Source: Lingula anatina (lineage: Eukaryota; Animalia; Brachiopoda). Taken from it: a stretch of DNA of 64,000 nucleotides. The position numbers were made by a program, and so were the translations under genes. The number at the start of each line of letters is the position of its first letter. Positions within the stretch are counted from its first letter, which is position 1. The notes under the pieces were generated by a model. The model was given only the letters and a program-made list of their open reading frames with translations. It was not told the origin of the DNA and did not search any database. Where the stretch lies: contig CM120649.1 of assembly GCA_051362555.1 (NCBI GenBank), forward strand, positions 17,188,567 to 17,252,566, read 5' to 3'. Below, one piece after another: positions 1 through 12,467 of the stretch.

Positions 1-422
1 TGTTATAAAATAATTCCCATTTTCGTATTTGGCTGTACTTATTCATTTTGAAAATTCCTATTTTCTCCTACTTTTGAAGAATTTATTCCCTATACTCTAA
101 ATAAAAGGTCTGATAAACACCATCCATTGTGTCTGTGCATGTGTACAAGTACCTGTCACTGTATCACGAAAAAAGGCAATTATTATTTTTCTTCGTTTTT
201 AATAAAATTTTGACGCTAAAAACGGTATGTGTATAATTAAAGCTATATTATTATTTTTTTTGTTTATAAGGGGGGGGATATACTTATGCCCATAATCGTA
301 AAATGGAAAAAAGCATTCTAAATTTATTTTTTAATCCTCTAAACAGGCCCGTAGCCAACAATTTCAAGGAGGGGGGTGCTGTAAATATAGCCCTTTTACC
401 CTGAAAGCTAGATTAACCTACA

Positions 423-1286
423 TCAGTTTCAGTTTATTTTATTAAAGTCTCACCCATAAATAAAATTAAAAACAATAAAAGTTAAAACAGTCATCAGGCA
501 GTTCTATAGAGCACTATGAGAGACTAAAAACTAATTACAGTTTAAATACATAAAATTTCTTCTTAATTCTAAGTTAAGGCTACAGGCTTTGGCAGTGCTA
601 AAATTCATTTTTGGATCGTCAATCAGGAAAAGAAATTTACTTTGTTCATCCAATAAATCAAAATCCGGCTTATAACATTTAGCAGTTCTAATTAAATCAG
701 TACGATGATCATTAAAAAATGGACAATTAATTAAGAAATGATTCTCATCCTCAACACAACCTGATTCACAGAGTACACACGTTCTCTCCAGGATTGGAAG
801 TTTTTCATACCGTCCAGTTTCTATTCTGAGTGGGGCCAGCCCACATCTCAGTTTAGCCAAAGCCCGCCGATACATCATACTTGAGCGATAAAGTTGGTTT
901 CTTAACGTATTCACTAACTACCAAGTCTTGCTTTAACAATCTGAGTAGCCTAAGCTTATTTCCACCTCCTTTTCTACTTGGGGTATCATCCCATAGTTTC
1001 GCCCACCAATCGGAGGGACATTAAGTTTTCACCTAGAGCATAATGGACGATGTTAATTCAGAGCAGCTTAATTCGCTGAGTATGTTGTATTATAAGGTGA
1101 TCTGACTGGTAGGTAACCCTTGCACGCATGTATCGTGCGCATCCGCAGAACAGCCTGAAAATAAATTGTTTCTTCGCCGGCCGATATTTGAGCACGGTCC
1201 CATACCCTGCTAAAGTCTGAATAGTTATTTACGAAGAAAAATATAGGTTTATTACCCAAACTATTGATAAAAGAACTCCTACACAT
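423..1286 (-). mobile_element. 5'-truncated, degraded non-LTR (LINE) retrotransposon 3' end
   Basis: ORF 531-914 has the LINE ORF2 C-terminal motif LRCGLAPLRIETGRY..C..C...EDENHFLINC. ORF 1068-1286 looks like the end of an RT domain. An AATAAA plus short-repeat tail lies near 423-445. The element abuts the upstream region of subtilase copy 1. Confidence 0.8.
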
Positions 1287-1526
1287 TCTATTGAAATTAC
1301 ACAGCTAGCGAACCTTTTCAGCAATATCGTTCGTGACCTGAATTTTCATTGACTTGAGGTCTAACAAATAACTCTTCCCGGAAGAGGTGATTCAACAGTT
1401 AGGTTGATTAATTGACCCACTTAAACTGCAAAGCGAAAGTAGTACTTGGGACAGTCGAGGCGTGGTGTCCTTTTAAGTTAATACTAGCAACTTTAGGCAC
1501 ACAGCTACTAGTAGTGGTCTGCCAAT

Positions 1527-1802
1527 ATGGCCGCCTTTACGTTCATCTATTTTATGATCCTCGGTGTGCCTTTTGTTTGTGGACAGCCTGCCGTGAATCA
1601 AACAGGAATAGAGGACAACGAATATATCGTCGAACTCAAACCATCGGTTGCAGAGTCTGACCCTGATGCCGCCATCTTAACTCTGATCAACTTTGCGTTG
1701 GCCCAAGATCCAAGGGCGATCATCTTCCATAATTACACAATCTTCGACTTCGTGGGCGTGGCCCTCAACACGACCCAGAGTGCGATTAGTTCAGATTACT
1801 AG
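1527..1802 (+). pseudogene. Subtilase copy 1: signal peptide plus most of the I9 prodomain; catalytic domain deleted
   Basis: Near-identical to the first ~87 codons of copy 4. At ~1787-1795 the sequence jumps to the 3' flank (cagattactagactacatgca, as at ~12135). Confidence 0.85.
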
Positions 1803-3686
1803 ACTACATGCATGTTAATAGTTGTTAGATTTTCTAAGAAATTGTTAAGTTAATCGTCATTTATTTTATAATTTCTACAATTGTAAGAACCCAACTGCAT
1901 CAAGGTATATCCTGTACACAACATTGGGCAAAATATAATTTTCGTTGATTGAAAAACAATTTCCTGCTATTATCATCATTGCTTGGCTCGTTGAATTTTG
2001 ATGTTGTATACCATTTGTAATTAAGTAGTTTAGTTCTCAACTAATCAAATCATGACTCATTAAGACCGCCATGTCTCTCTAACAATTCGAAGAATTTAAT
2101 CAGGTACGTTAATTTTAGCGTTTTTTTTTTTTTATTGTTTTCGGGGACTGAACACGTGAAGAGGAATAATAAGTAGTTACAGTGTATGTAGAATAATTAT
2201 ATATCTAAATAAGAATTAAGGACATTTTAAAGCGCATATACAGTGTTTTATACCTTTGACGACCGAAACAGGATAGTTAAGCAGCTTGTTTAGTTTTAGA
2301 GGTCACTTATAGTTTGGTTTTAGGAAACAGTTCTTTCAATTGAAATACCTATGCCTACGCTTTCTTTGATGAATGATTATAATAAAACCTAAAAGAAATA
2401 GATTCTGTTCTTCTGAATGTATCTAGAGTAAAGAAAACATTGTCACAGCTTTTAATTTTAATTGAAATCACCGTGCAAACATGAAAGGGCGTAAATAAAT
2501 AAATAAATAAATAAATAAATACCTATGCCCATACCTCCCCCCCCTGCCCCGAGTGAAGAGCAAATTTCGAGATACTTCAAGGGCGGAGCTAGGATTATTT
2601 GAAAGGAGGGATCTTTTTTTTTAGAATGACAGGTCGTGGATTCGAAGCCGACCCTTATACCCCCACCCCCTTAATTTTTTTGTATTTTAGAGGGCGAAGG
2701 ATGCTATTTGGTGCGGTTTAGAACTATGATTCAGTTAGTCAACATTCTAATTTCAAAAGGGGACCATTGGTCTTATTTTCTTCAAAAATCGAATGGGGTG
2801 GGGGGTTAGGACCTCCTGACACCCCCTTAATCTGCCACTGCACTAAAACCCAGACAGGAAAATACTTCACACTATTTAGATGTCTCTTTTCCATTTCTTT
2901 TTATTGAAAATATCTCTTATCTGTGTAGAGAGCAAGAATTAAAGTCGCTCACTCGACAGCAAGTTATTACAAGACCACTGAGTACAATAAGGCATTGCGT
3001 TAGATGTGCTACTAATGTGCAGCTGGGATCACATTTACAACATTCAACCAAGTCCTACGGTGGGCGTTTTCATTAGTTTCAACTTTATCAGCAATGCCAT
3101 GATTTGAGGTCTAACAAATAATAAAACTCTTCTTGGAAGAGGGGAGTAAAAAGATTTGGTTTCCACTTAGTAGGACGGGTGCTGTTCGGTGTATATGATT
3201 TAATACCTCAAGGAAATAGATTCTGTTCTGAATGTATCTAGAGTAAGCAAAACATCTTTCACAACTTTTAATTTTAATTGATATCGTCTTGCAAGTGCAC
3301 GACTAAATAAACATAAGAAACTGCAATCTTACCTATGTGGATAGCAAAAATAAAAGTCGCTCACTCGGCAGCAAGAAGACCACAAAACCATTGACTGCAA
3401 TACTGCATTGCGTTAGATGTGCCTCCAATGTGCAACTGGGATCACATTTACAGCATTTAATCAGCCCAATGATGGGCGTTTTCATTAGTTTCAACTTTAT
3501 CAGCAAAACCTTGACCTGATAATTCAGTGATTTGAGGTCTAACAAATAAAAAACTCGTCCTTGAAAGAGGTGAATCAAAAGATAGGTTAGTTTCAACTTC
3601 ACCGTGCGACAGTAGCACGCGGGTTATTCGGAGTCTTTTTAAAGCAATACTAGCACATTTAGGCGCACACTTAACGATCTGCTAGT

Positions 3687-5171
3687 ATGGCCGCCTTTTC
3701 GTTCATCTATTTTATGATCCTCAGTGTGCTTTTTGTTCGCGGACAGCCTGTCGTGAGTCAAACAGGAATAGAAGACAACGAATATATCGTCGAACTTAAA
3801 CCATCGGTTGCCGGGTCGGACCCTGATGCCGCCATCAAAACTCTGATAGATTTTGCGTTGTCACAAGACCCAAGGGCGATCATCTTCCATAAATACACAA
3901 TCTTCGACTTCGTGGGCATGGCCCTCAACACGACCCAGAGTGCTATTTCAGCCATCCGGGTACATCGATTAGTTCAAGACGTTTGGCCTAACCGTTATAT
4001 CTTGAATGATGCCGCCTATCTGGAGGTTAAAAAACAGCGCGTTGACAACAATACTGCGTGGGGCATTTGGGGCCTGGCAAGGATAAGTCAGAGACAAAAA
4101 TTGAATTTATCTGGAGAACTATTCTATGAATACGACGATATCGCAGGCAGTGAGGTTTACGCTTATGTTATCGACAGTGTAGTTGACGTTAGACACCCAG
4201 ACTTTGAAGGGCGGGCCCACTTTGGTTTCAATGCAGTTAATAACAATACGGACTTCCCCGTAAATCTTTTACAAGACCCTGAGCAAACACACGGGACACA
4301 CGTAGCTGGCACGATTGGCGGGAAAACGTACGGCGTGGCTAAAAAAGCAACAATAGTGTCTGTCAAAGCCGACACCAAAAAATGGAATCCTAGGAGTGGA
4401 AAATATGAATTTCGTTTCCAGTTCGACGACCTAATTAAAGCATTGGATTGGACAGAAGAGGATCATAGTCAGAGAAAAGCAAAGGACAGCAAAGCTAAAT
4501 CAGTCATCAATATGTCTCTCGGGGGATTTTTCAATGGTAGTGAGCCAACAGTTGTAGAAAAGACTATAATAAAACTTATTAAAATGGCGGGCATTCCAAT
4601 TGTTGTTTCAGCGGGTAATGACGCTTACCATGCTTGCAATCATACCCCCGCCCGTGTTGCTGACGCCATAACTGTCGGATGCTCGGACTATAACGATCGA
4701 CTGTGTAATTTTTCCAATCACGGCAACTGTGTTGATATCATAGCACCAGGATACCAGATTCTGTCCACGCTGCCCAACAACGGAGCCGGGAAAATGAGCG
4801 GTACCTCCATGAGCGCCCCACACGTCACCGGCGTCGTCGCGCGCTTCCTAGCTCTCCACGACACATCCCCGACTCCAAAAAGGATCAAGCAATGGCTCAT
4901 TTGGAGATCTATCAAAAATGCCGTCACCATCCTTCCCTCGGCCGTCGGCACTCCAAATCGTCTGCTCTTCATGTCACCATATCAATGGTTGATTAAAGAG
5001 TATTCCACCAAATCAACCAAGGATGTCGTCACACACCGTCCCAAGACTGTCAGCACACCAAAATACCGGAAAAAAGGACGGTTCAACTCGGCTTCGAGAC
5101 AGCACCAAGGAATTTCTACCCTTACGCTTAGTTTGGTCATTGTTGGCTTTGGCTCGGCTTCCTGCAGATAA
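3687..5171 (+). CDS. Intronless S8A proteinase-K/aqualysin-like serine protease, copy 2 (494 aa)
   Basis: Signal peptide, I9-like prodomain (EYIVELK), WGLARISQR, Asp motif YVIDS, HGTHVAGTIGG, VINMSLGG, oxyanion AGN, GTSMSAPHVTG and a hydrophobic C-terminal tail. Confidence 0.93.
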   Translation: MAAFSFIYFMILSVLFVRGQPVVSQTGIEDNEYIVELKPSVAGSDPDAAIKTLIDFALSQDPRAIIFHKYTIFDFVGMALNTTQSAISAIRVHRLVQDVWPNRYILNDAAYLEVKKQRVDNNTAWGIWGLARISQRQKLNLSGELFYEYDDIAGSEVYAYVIDSVVDVRHPDFEGRAHFGFNAVNNNTDFPVNLLQDPEQTHGTHVAGTIGGKTYGVAKKATIVSVKADTKKWNPRSGKYEFRFQFDDLIKALDWTEEDHSQRKAKDSKAKSVINMSLGGFFNGSEPTVVEKTIIKLIKMAGIPIVVSAGNDAYHACNHTPARVADAITVGCSDYNDRLCNFSNHGNCVDIIAPGYQILSTLPNNGAGKMSGTSMSAPHVTGVVARFLALHDTSPTPKRIKQWLIWRSIKNAVTILPSAVGTPNRLLFMSPYQWLIKEYSTKSTKDVVTHRPKTVSTPKYRKKGRFNSASRQHQGISTLTLSLVIVGFGSASCR

Positions 5172-7278
5172 AACGTTTCAAAAGAAGCAGATATCTATGC
5201 ATGCTATTCGTTAGCCAGGTTGGCCGTAAGCTAATATTTCTGCTTGTGTTTGATAATTTTCATTCGTGATGCTATCTGTGATTGATTTCATAGAAATAGT
5301 AAAGTTAGCCGTCATTTATTTCACAATTTTCTACAATTATAAGAACCCAACCCCACCAAGGTATCCTAAACGTACTATTGCGCAAAATGTAATTTTCGTC
5401 GATTGAAAAACAATTTCCTGCTATTATCATCATTGCTTGGCTCGTTGAATTTTGATGTTAAATACCATTTCTAAGTAAGTAGCTTTGTCCCGAGTCAACT
5501 AATCAAATTATGACTCATTAATACCGCCTTGTCTTTCTGATAATTCAGAGGAGATTTTCTTCAGATGCTTTAATTTTAGTGGTTTCCGTGGTCTGTAGAG
5601 GAAAAATAAGTAGTTATGTAGAATAATCATATTTCTAAATAACATTCAAGGATATTGTAAAGTGATTGCATTATACCATTGACAACCAAAACAGGACAGT
5701 TAATTAAAATAATAGCAGGAGGTTGCTTAGTTTTTGAGGTCAGTTTTAGTTTGGTTTTAGAAAACTGTTCTTTCAATTGAAATACTTATGCCTACGCTTT
5801 CTTTGATGTATAATTACAATAAAACCAAGGAAATAGGTTCTGTTCTTCTGAATGTTTCTAGAGGAAACCAAACATTTGTCACAGCTTTTAATTTAAATTA
5901 AAATGGCCGTGCAAACATGAAAGAGCGTAAATAAATAAATAAATATATAAGAAATTGTACCTGTGTAACGGTCAACTTATGGTAAGAGCAGTCATTTAGT
6001 TAAAAAATTATCTCCGCACAAAAATATCCAGAATCGGTTAGCTTGGCTGCGTACTGTGTAAGAACATTACTCAAAATAAAATCTCTCTTATTGTTTTCAA
6101 ATTAAACTCAAGAATCAAGTTTTGCCCTTAAAGGGATGAAAGCGATGAGGGAGCGCCAAATACTCCACAAAATTTAGCGTATATTTGATGTTTTCCCCCT
6201 CAATGACCAATGTTTACGCGGCCATTTTTTTATTTATTTAAAATATTGAACAAAATGTCATTGTGTTTGATAACTGATTCCCAACAAATTTCACAGACGC
6301 CTATGCTCATACCGCCCCCCACCCACCCCCCAGGTGAAGCGCAAATTTCGTTTCCAGGAATTACTTCAGGGGCGGATCTAGGATTATTTGAAAGGAGGGG
6401 TCCTTTTTTTTTTTTTTTTTTTTTTTAGAATGACAGTTCGTGGATTCGAAGCCGGCCCTTATACCCCCACCCCCTTATATTATTGTATTTTAGAGGGCGA
6501 AGGGTGCTATTTGGTGCGGTTTAGAACTTTGATTCAGTTAGTCAAAATTCTAATTTCAAAAGGGGACCATTGTTCTTATTTTCTTCAAAAATCGAAGGGG
6601 GTGGGGTTAGGACCTCCTGACACCCCCCTTAATCCGCCACTGCCACACTATTTAGATGTCTCTTTTTCATTTCTTTTATTGAAAATATCTCTTATCTGTG
6701 TAGATAGCAAGAATAAAAGACCATTGACTGCAATGCTGCATTGCGTTAGATGACCCTCTAACGTACAACTGGGATCACATTTACAACATTCAACGTTGGG
6801 CGTTTTCAACTTTATCAGCAATGCCATGGCCTGATATTTCAGTGATTTGAGGTTTATCAAATATTCAAACTCTTCTTGGAAGAGGGGAGTCAAAAGATAG
6901 GTTGGTTTCCACTTAACCTTACTGTGCTTTTTTTTACTCAAATAAATTTTCTCTAATTATTCTCACATTGAACTTAAATTAAATCCAAGAGAGTTATATA
7001 CTTTAATCAAAGAAACAGGGAGTGCAAAATACTTCACAAAACGGACATTTAGGTTCTGTTTGATGCTTTCCCCATCAATGACAAATATTTACATGACTTT
7101 TTTTATTATTTTGAAATATTGAACCTAATGCCGTTATCTGAGAATTGATTACTAACGAAATTTACCTACACCTGTACTCATTACCATCCCCCCCCCCCCC
7201 CCAATATACCCACGTGGAGAGTAAATTTCAGGGTAAACAAATCGAGATGGCAAAATGCTACATGCTACTGAAGTGCCT

Positions 7279-7329
<51 letters not shown>

Positions 7330-7850
7330 AAGATGGCTCTTTTCCTAGTGGATAGTAAGATTCTGAGGTCGCTCACTCGGCAGCAAGACTACATTGACTA
7401 CAACCATTGACTACAATAAGTCATTGCGTTAGATGTGCTACTAATGTGCAACTGGGATCACATTTACAACATTCAACCAAGCCTACGGTGGGCGTTTTCA
7501 TTAGTTTCAACTTTATCAGCAATGCCATGACCTGATATTTCAGTGATTTGAGGTCTAACAAATAATAACACTCTTCTTGGAAGAGGGTAGTCAAAAGATA
7601 GATTGGTTTCGACTTAACTTTACTATGCTTTTTTTTTTTTTTTTACTAAAATGAATTTTCTCTAATTATTTTCACATTGAACTCAAATTAACTCCAAGAA
7701 CTAAGTTATATGCTTAAATCAAAGAAACAGCGAGTGCAAAATACTCCACAAAACGAACATTTAGCGTGTGTTTGATGTTATCCCCATTAATGACCAATGT
7801 TTACGTGGCTTTTTTTTTATTAATTTAAAATATTAAACCAAATGCCGTTA

Positions 7851-8110
7851 TTACCTCCGCCAGGGAGGTTATGTTTTCACCCCTATTTGTCTATTTGTCT
7901 GTCTGTCTGTCTGTCTGACTGTCATCAACATTACTCCAAACGTTATGGACCGATTTTGATGAAAATTTAAGGAACTGTCAGAAGTGGGCCATAGAAGAGA
8001 TGATTAGTTTCTGGTTGTAATCCGGATCAATAATCAATCAATAATCAATAATAATAATAAATTGCTGCCTTGGCGGAGGTCTGCGCTCTCGGAGTGCTTT
8101 TCTAGTATAG
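7851..8110 (+). mobile_element. Short non-autonomous Helitron/Helentron (HINE/DINE-like) element
   Basis: Subterminal inverted repeat acctccgcca/tggcggaggt, (GTCT)n microsatellite, 3' hairpin and CTAGT end. The empty site is visible in the paralogous unit at ~7130. Confidence 0.75.
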
Positions 8111-9281
8111 TCTAAGAATTGATTACTAACGAAATTTGCCTACATCTCTACTCATTACCCCCCCCCCCCATACACCCCCATGAAGGGCAAATTTCAGAGA
8201 AGTCAAATCGAGATGGCGAAATACTACATACTACTTAAGTGTCTCTTTTCCACTTGTTTTTATTGCAAATAACTCTTATCATGTGGATAGTAAGATTCTG
8301 AGGACGCTCATTCAGCAGAAAGTTGATCACAAGACCATTGACTACAATAAGGCAGCGCGTTAGATGTGTTACCAATGTGCAGCTGGGATCACATTTACAA
8401 CATTCAACCAAGCCCTACGGTGGGCGTTTTCATTAATTTCAACTTTATCAACAATGCCATGACCTGATATTTCAGTGATTTGAGGTCTAACAAATAATAA
8501 AACTCTTCTTGGAAGAGGTGAGTCAAAAGATAGGTTGGTTTCCACTTTACCTGCACAGCGACAGTAGGACGGGTGCTGTTCAGTGTATATGATTTATGAT
8601 TATAATAAAACCCAAAGGAAATAGATTCTGTTCTTAATGTATCTAGAGTAAGCAAAATATCTTTCACAACTTTTAATTTTAATTGAAATCGTCAAGCAAA
8701 CAAGAAAGTGCTCGAATAAATAAAACATAAGAAATTGTACCCGGCTAAAGGCTGAAAGGGGGGGGGGGTAATTTAAGGATAACAGGCAGCGGAAGTGAAG
8801 CCGACCCATAGCACCCCCCCCCCCCCTTGGCTTGGGGTTAAGGGCCCTGAAAAATTTTGGTATTTTAGAGGGCGAAGGGCCCCCCTGCCCCCCCCCCCCC
8901 CCACCTTAATCCGCCACTGTGCATAAACTCAGACGACAAAATATTACACACTATTTAGATGTCACTTTTCCATCTCTTTTTATTGAAAATATCTCTTATC
9001 TGTGTAGTTAGCAAAAATAAAAGTCGCTCACTCGGCAGCAAAAAGATCACAAGACCACTGACTACAATTTACGACATTGCGTTAGATGTGCTACTAATGT
9101 GCAACTGGGATCACATTTACAACATTCAACCAAGTCCTACGGTGGGCGTTTTCATTAGTTTCAACTTTATCAACAATGCCATGACCTGATATTTCAGTGA
9201 TTTGAGGTCTAACAAATAATCAAACTCTTCTTGGAAGAGGGTAGTCAAAAGATAGATTGGTTTCCACTTAACTTTACTGTG

Positions 9282-9315
<34 letters not shown>

Positions 9316-10721
9316 AAAATGAATTTTCTCTAATTATTTACACATTGAACTCAAATTAAATCCAAGAATCAAGTTATACTGTACTTAAATCAAAGAAAGA
9401 GGGAGTTCAAAATACTCCACAAAACGGATATTTAACATGTATTTGATGTTTCCCCCATCAATGACTAATGTTAACGTGGCTTTTGTTATATAAATTTAAG
9501 ATATTGAACCAAATACCGTTATCTGAGAACTGATTCCTAACGAAATTCACCTACATCTCTCCTCATCCCCCCCCCCCCCCCTACACCCCCGTAAAGAGCA
9601 AATTTTTAGGGTAGTCAAATCCAGATTGCGGAATACTACACACTATTTAGATTTCTATTTATCATTTGTTTTTATTGTAAATAATAACTTATCCGTGTAT
9701 ATAGCAAGATTCTGAAGTCCCTCACTCTGCAGCAAGTTATCACAAGACCACTGACTACAATACGACATTGCGTTAGATGTGCTTCCAATGTGCAGGTGGG
9801 ATCACATTTACAACATTCAACCAAGCCCAATAATGGGCGTTTTCATTAGTTTCCTCGTCAGTATTGCGTTTACTTTATTTCATTTGCTCAATTGAAAAAT
9901 CTGTAGTATTCTATTTGAAATCATTAATTAAAAACTGCGATACACTTGCCACTTTTGATGAGCTATGTAAACTTCTTGATTTCTTTATTCAATTTATGTA
10001 AGAGAGATTCCTTTTAGTTTCGCAGTTGTATAATTTTAGAAACCCCGAGAACTTTCCCGGCAAAAAGGCAGGTTTTTCGAACCCGCCCTGGCAACGGAAA
10101 CGCTAAAAAGGTGTTTATTTCAACTTAAAATTTATTTACAACTTAAAAATACAGCCTGAGCATGACTCTCCTCTCTCGGAACGCTCAAATGACCCGCATC
10201 ATTCTTTGTGACTACCTTAAGGTTAGAGTGAAATCTCAGCTGTTGACTTGAACGTTATATAGATTTGCAGGTCTAAATTAAATATGAACTAAAATGTTGT
10301 TATTTGATGACGATGTGAACTTAGTTTGGCAAAATTCTTTTAGTCTGCCTGATCGGTAAACCTTGTACAAATTTATTGTGAGCACCCGCAGAACTGTGTT
10401 TTTGTAAATAGTCTGGAAATGAAATTTATACTTTGCCTGTCGAAATTTAATCAAGCTCCCTTTCCTTGCTGTGTACTTCTCAAGTTATTGACATAAAAAC
10501 TATACATTCTATTGATATTACACAGCTAGTGAACCTTTTCAGCAATATCGTTTGTGACCTGAATTTTCATTGACTTGAGGTCTAACAAATAGCTCCCTCC
10601 GGAAGAGGTGATTCAACAGGTAGGCTTATAAATTCCACTTAAACTGCAAAGCGAAAGTAGTACTTGGAACAGTCGAGGCGTGGTGTCCTTTAAGTTAATA
10701 CTTGCAACTTTAGGCACCAAT

Positions 10722-12105
10722 ATGGCCGCCTTTTCGTTCATCTATTTTATGATCCTCAGTGTGCCTTTTGTTTGTGGACAGCCGGCCGTGAATCAAACAG
10801 GAATAGAGGACAACGAATATATCGTCGAACTCAAACCATGGGTTGCAGAGTCTGACCCTGATGCCGCCATCTTAACTCTGATCAACTTTGCGTTGGCCCA
10901 AGATCCAAGGGCGATCATCTTCCATAATTACACAATCTTCGACTTCGTGGGCGTGGCCCTCAACACGACCCAGAGGGCCATTTTGGCCATCCGGGCACAT
11001 AGTTCAGTTCAAGACGTTTGGCCTAACCGTTATATATTGGATGATGCGACCAATTTGGGAGTAATAAAACAGCGCGTTGACAACAACGCTGAGGGGGACA
11101 TTTGGGGCCTGGCAAGGATATCTCAGAGACAAAAACTGAATATAGCTGAAGAAATGTTCTATGAATACGACGATATCGCAGGCAGTGAGGTTTACGCTTA
11201 TGTTATCGACAGTGTAGCTGACGTTAGACACCCAGACTTTGAAGGGCGGGCCTAGTTTGGGTACAATGCAGTTGATGAAACTACGGACTTCCCCAAGGAG
11301 CTTTTACAAGACCCTGAGCAAACACACGGGACACACGTAGCAGGAACGCTTGGTGGGAAAACTTACGGCGTGGCCAAAAGCGTAACCATAGTGTCTGTCA
11401 AAGCTGACACCAAAATATGGAATTTTTACAGGGGAGAGTATGAGTTTCGTTTCCAGGCAGATGACCTGATTGAAGCGTTGGATTGGATAAAAGAGGATCA
11501 TAACCAGAGAAAAGCAAAGGACAGCAAAGCTAAATCAGTCATCAACATGTCTCTCGGGGGATTTTTCAATGTTAGTCAGCCAACAGCTGTAGAAAAGACT
11601 ATAATAAAACTTATTAAAATGGCGGGCATTCCAATTGTTGTTGCAGCAGGAAATAGTGATGAAGATACTTGCAATTATAAACCCGCGCGTGTTGCTGACG
11701 CCATAACTGTTGGATGCTCGGACTATAACGATCGACTGTGCACATTTTCCAATCACGGCAACTGTATTGATATCATAGCACCAGGTTACCAGATTCTGTC
11801 CACGTTGCCCAACAACGGAGCCGGGAAAAATAATGGTACGTCCATGAGCGCCCCACACGTCACCGGCGTCGTCGCGCGCTTCCTAGCTCTCCACGACACG
11901 CCCCCGACTCCAGAAAAGATCAAGCAATGGCTCATTGAGAAATCGACCAAAAATGCCGTCACACTCCGTCCCAAGGCCGTCGCTCTTCATGTCGCCGAAT
12001 CAGACGTTAATTAACGGGCATTCCACCTCGGCTTCGAGTCAGATCCAAGGGATTTCTGCCTTTACCCTTATTCTGATCATTGCTGGCTCGGCTTCCTGAA
12101 GATAA
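10722..12105 (+). pseudogene. Subtilase copy 3, pseudogene
   Basis: Full-length paralogue with an in-frame TAG at 11253-11255, a 17-bp deletion at ~11981 between CGTC microhomologies, and TGC>TGA near the end. Confidence 0.9.
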
Positions 12106-12467
12106 AATATTTGATTTCGCTGTTTCAAAAGAAGCAGATTACTAGACTACATGCACGTTAATTGTTGTTAGGTTTTCTAAGAAATTGTTAGGTTAATCGT
12201 TATTTATTTTATAATTTCTACAATTATAAGAACCCAACTGCATCAAAGTATCCTATACGCAACATTGCGCAAAATATAATTTTCGTTGATTGAAAAACAA
12301 TGTCCTGCTATTATCATCATTACTTGGCTCGTTGAATGTTGATGTTGTATACCATTTCTAATTAAGTAGCTTAGTTCTCATCTAATCAAATCATGACTCA
12401 TTAAGACCGCCATGTCTTTCTGACAATTCAGAGATTTCATCAGATAGGCCTCCGTTAATTTCAGTGA

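Larger units (their letters stand above)
2920..9860. repeat. Locally amplified ~250-300 bp module, about 7 copies (~2920, 3335, 6690, 7345, 8280, 9000, 9690)
   Basis: Recurrent ctcactcggcagcaag..cattgcgttagatgtg..ctgggatcacatttacaacattcaaccaag, usually joined to ttgaggtctaacaaata..ggaagagg. Confidence 0.85.

Noticed and set aside
7145-7376. Poly-Phe/poly-Lys ORFs (also 38984-39421)
   Set aside because: Poly-T tracts.
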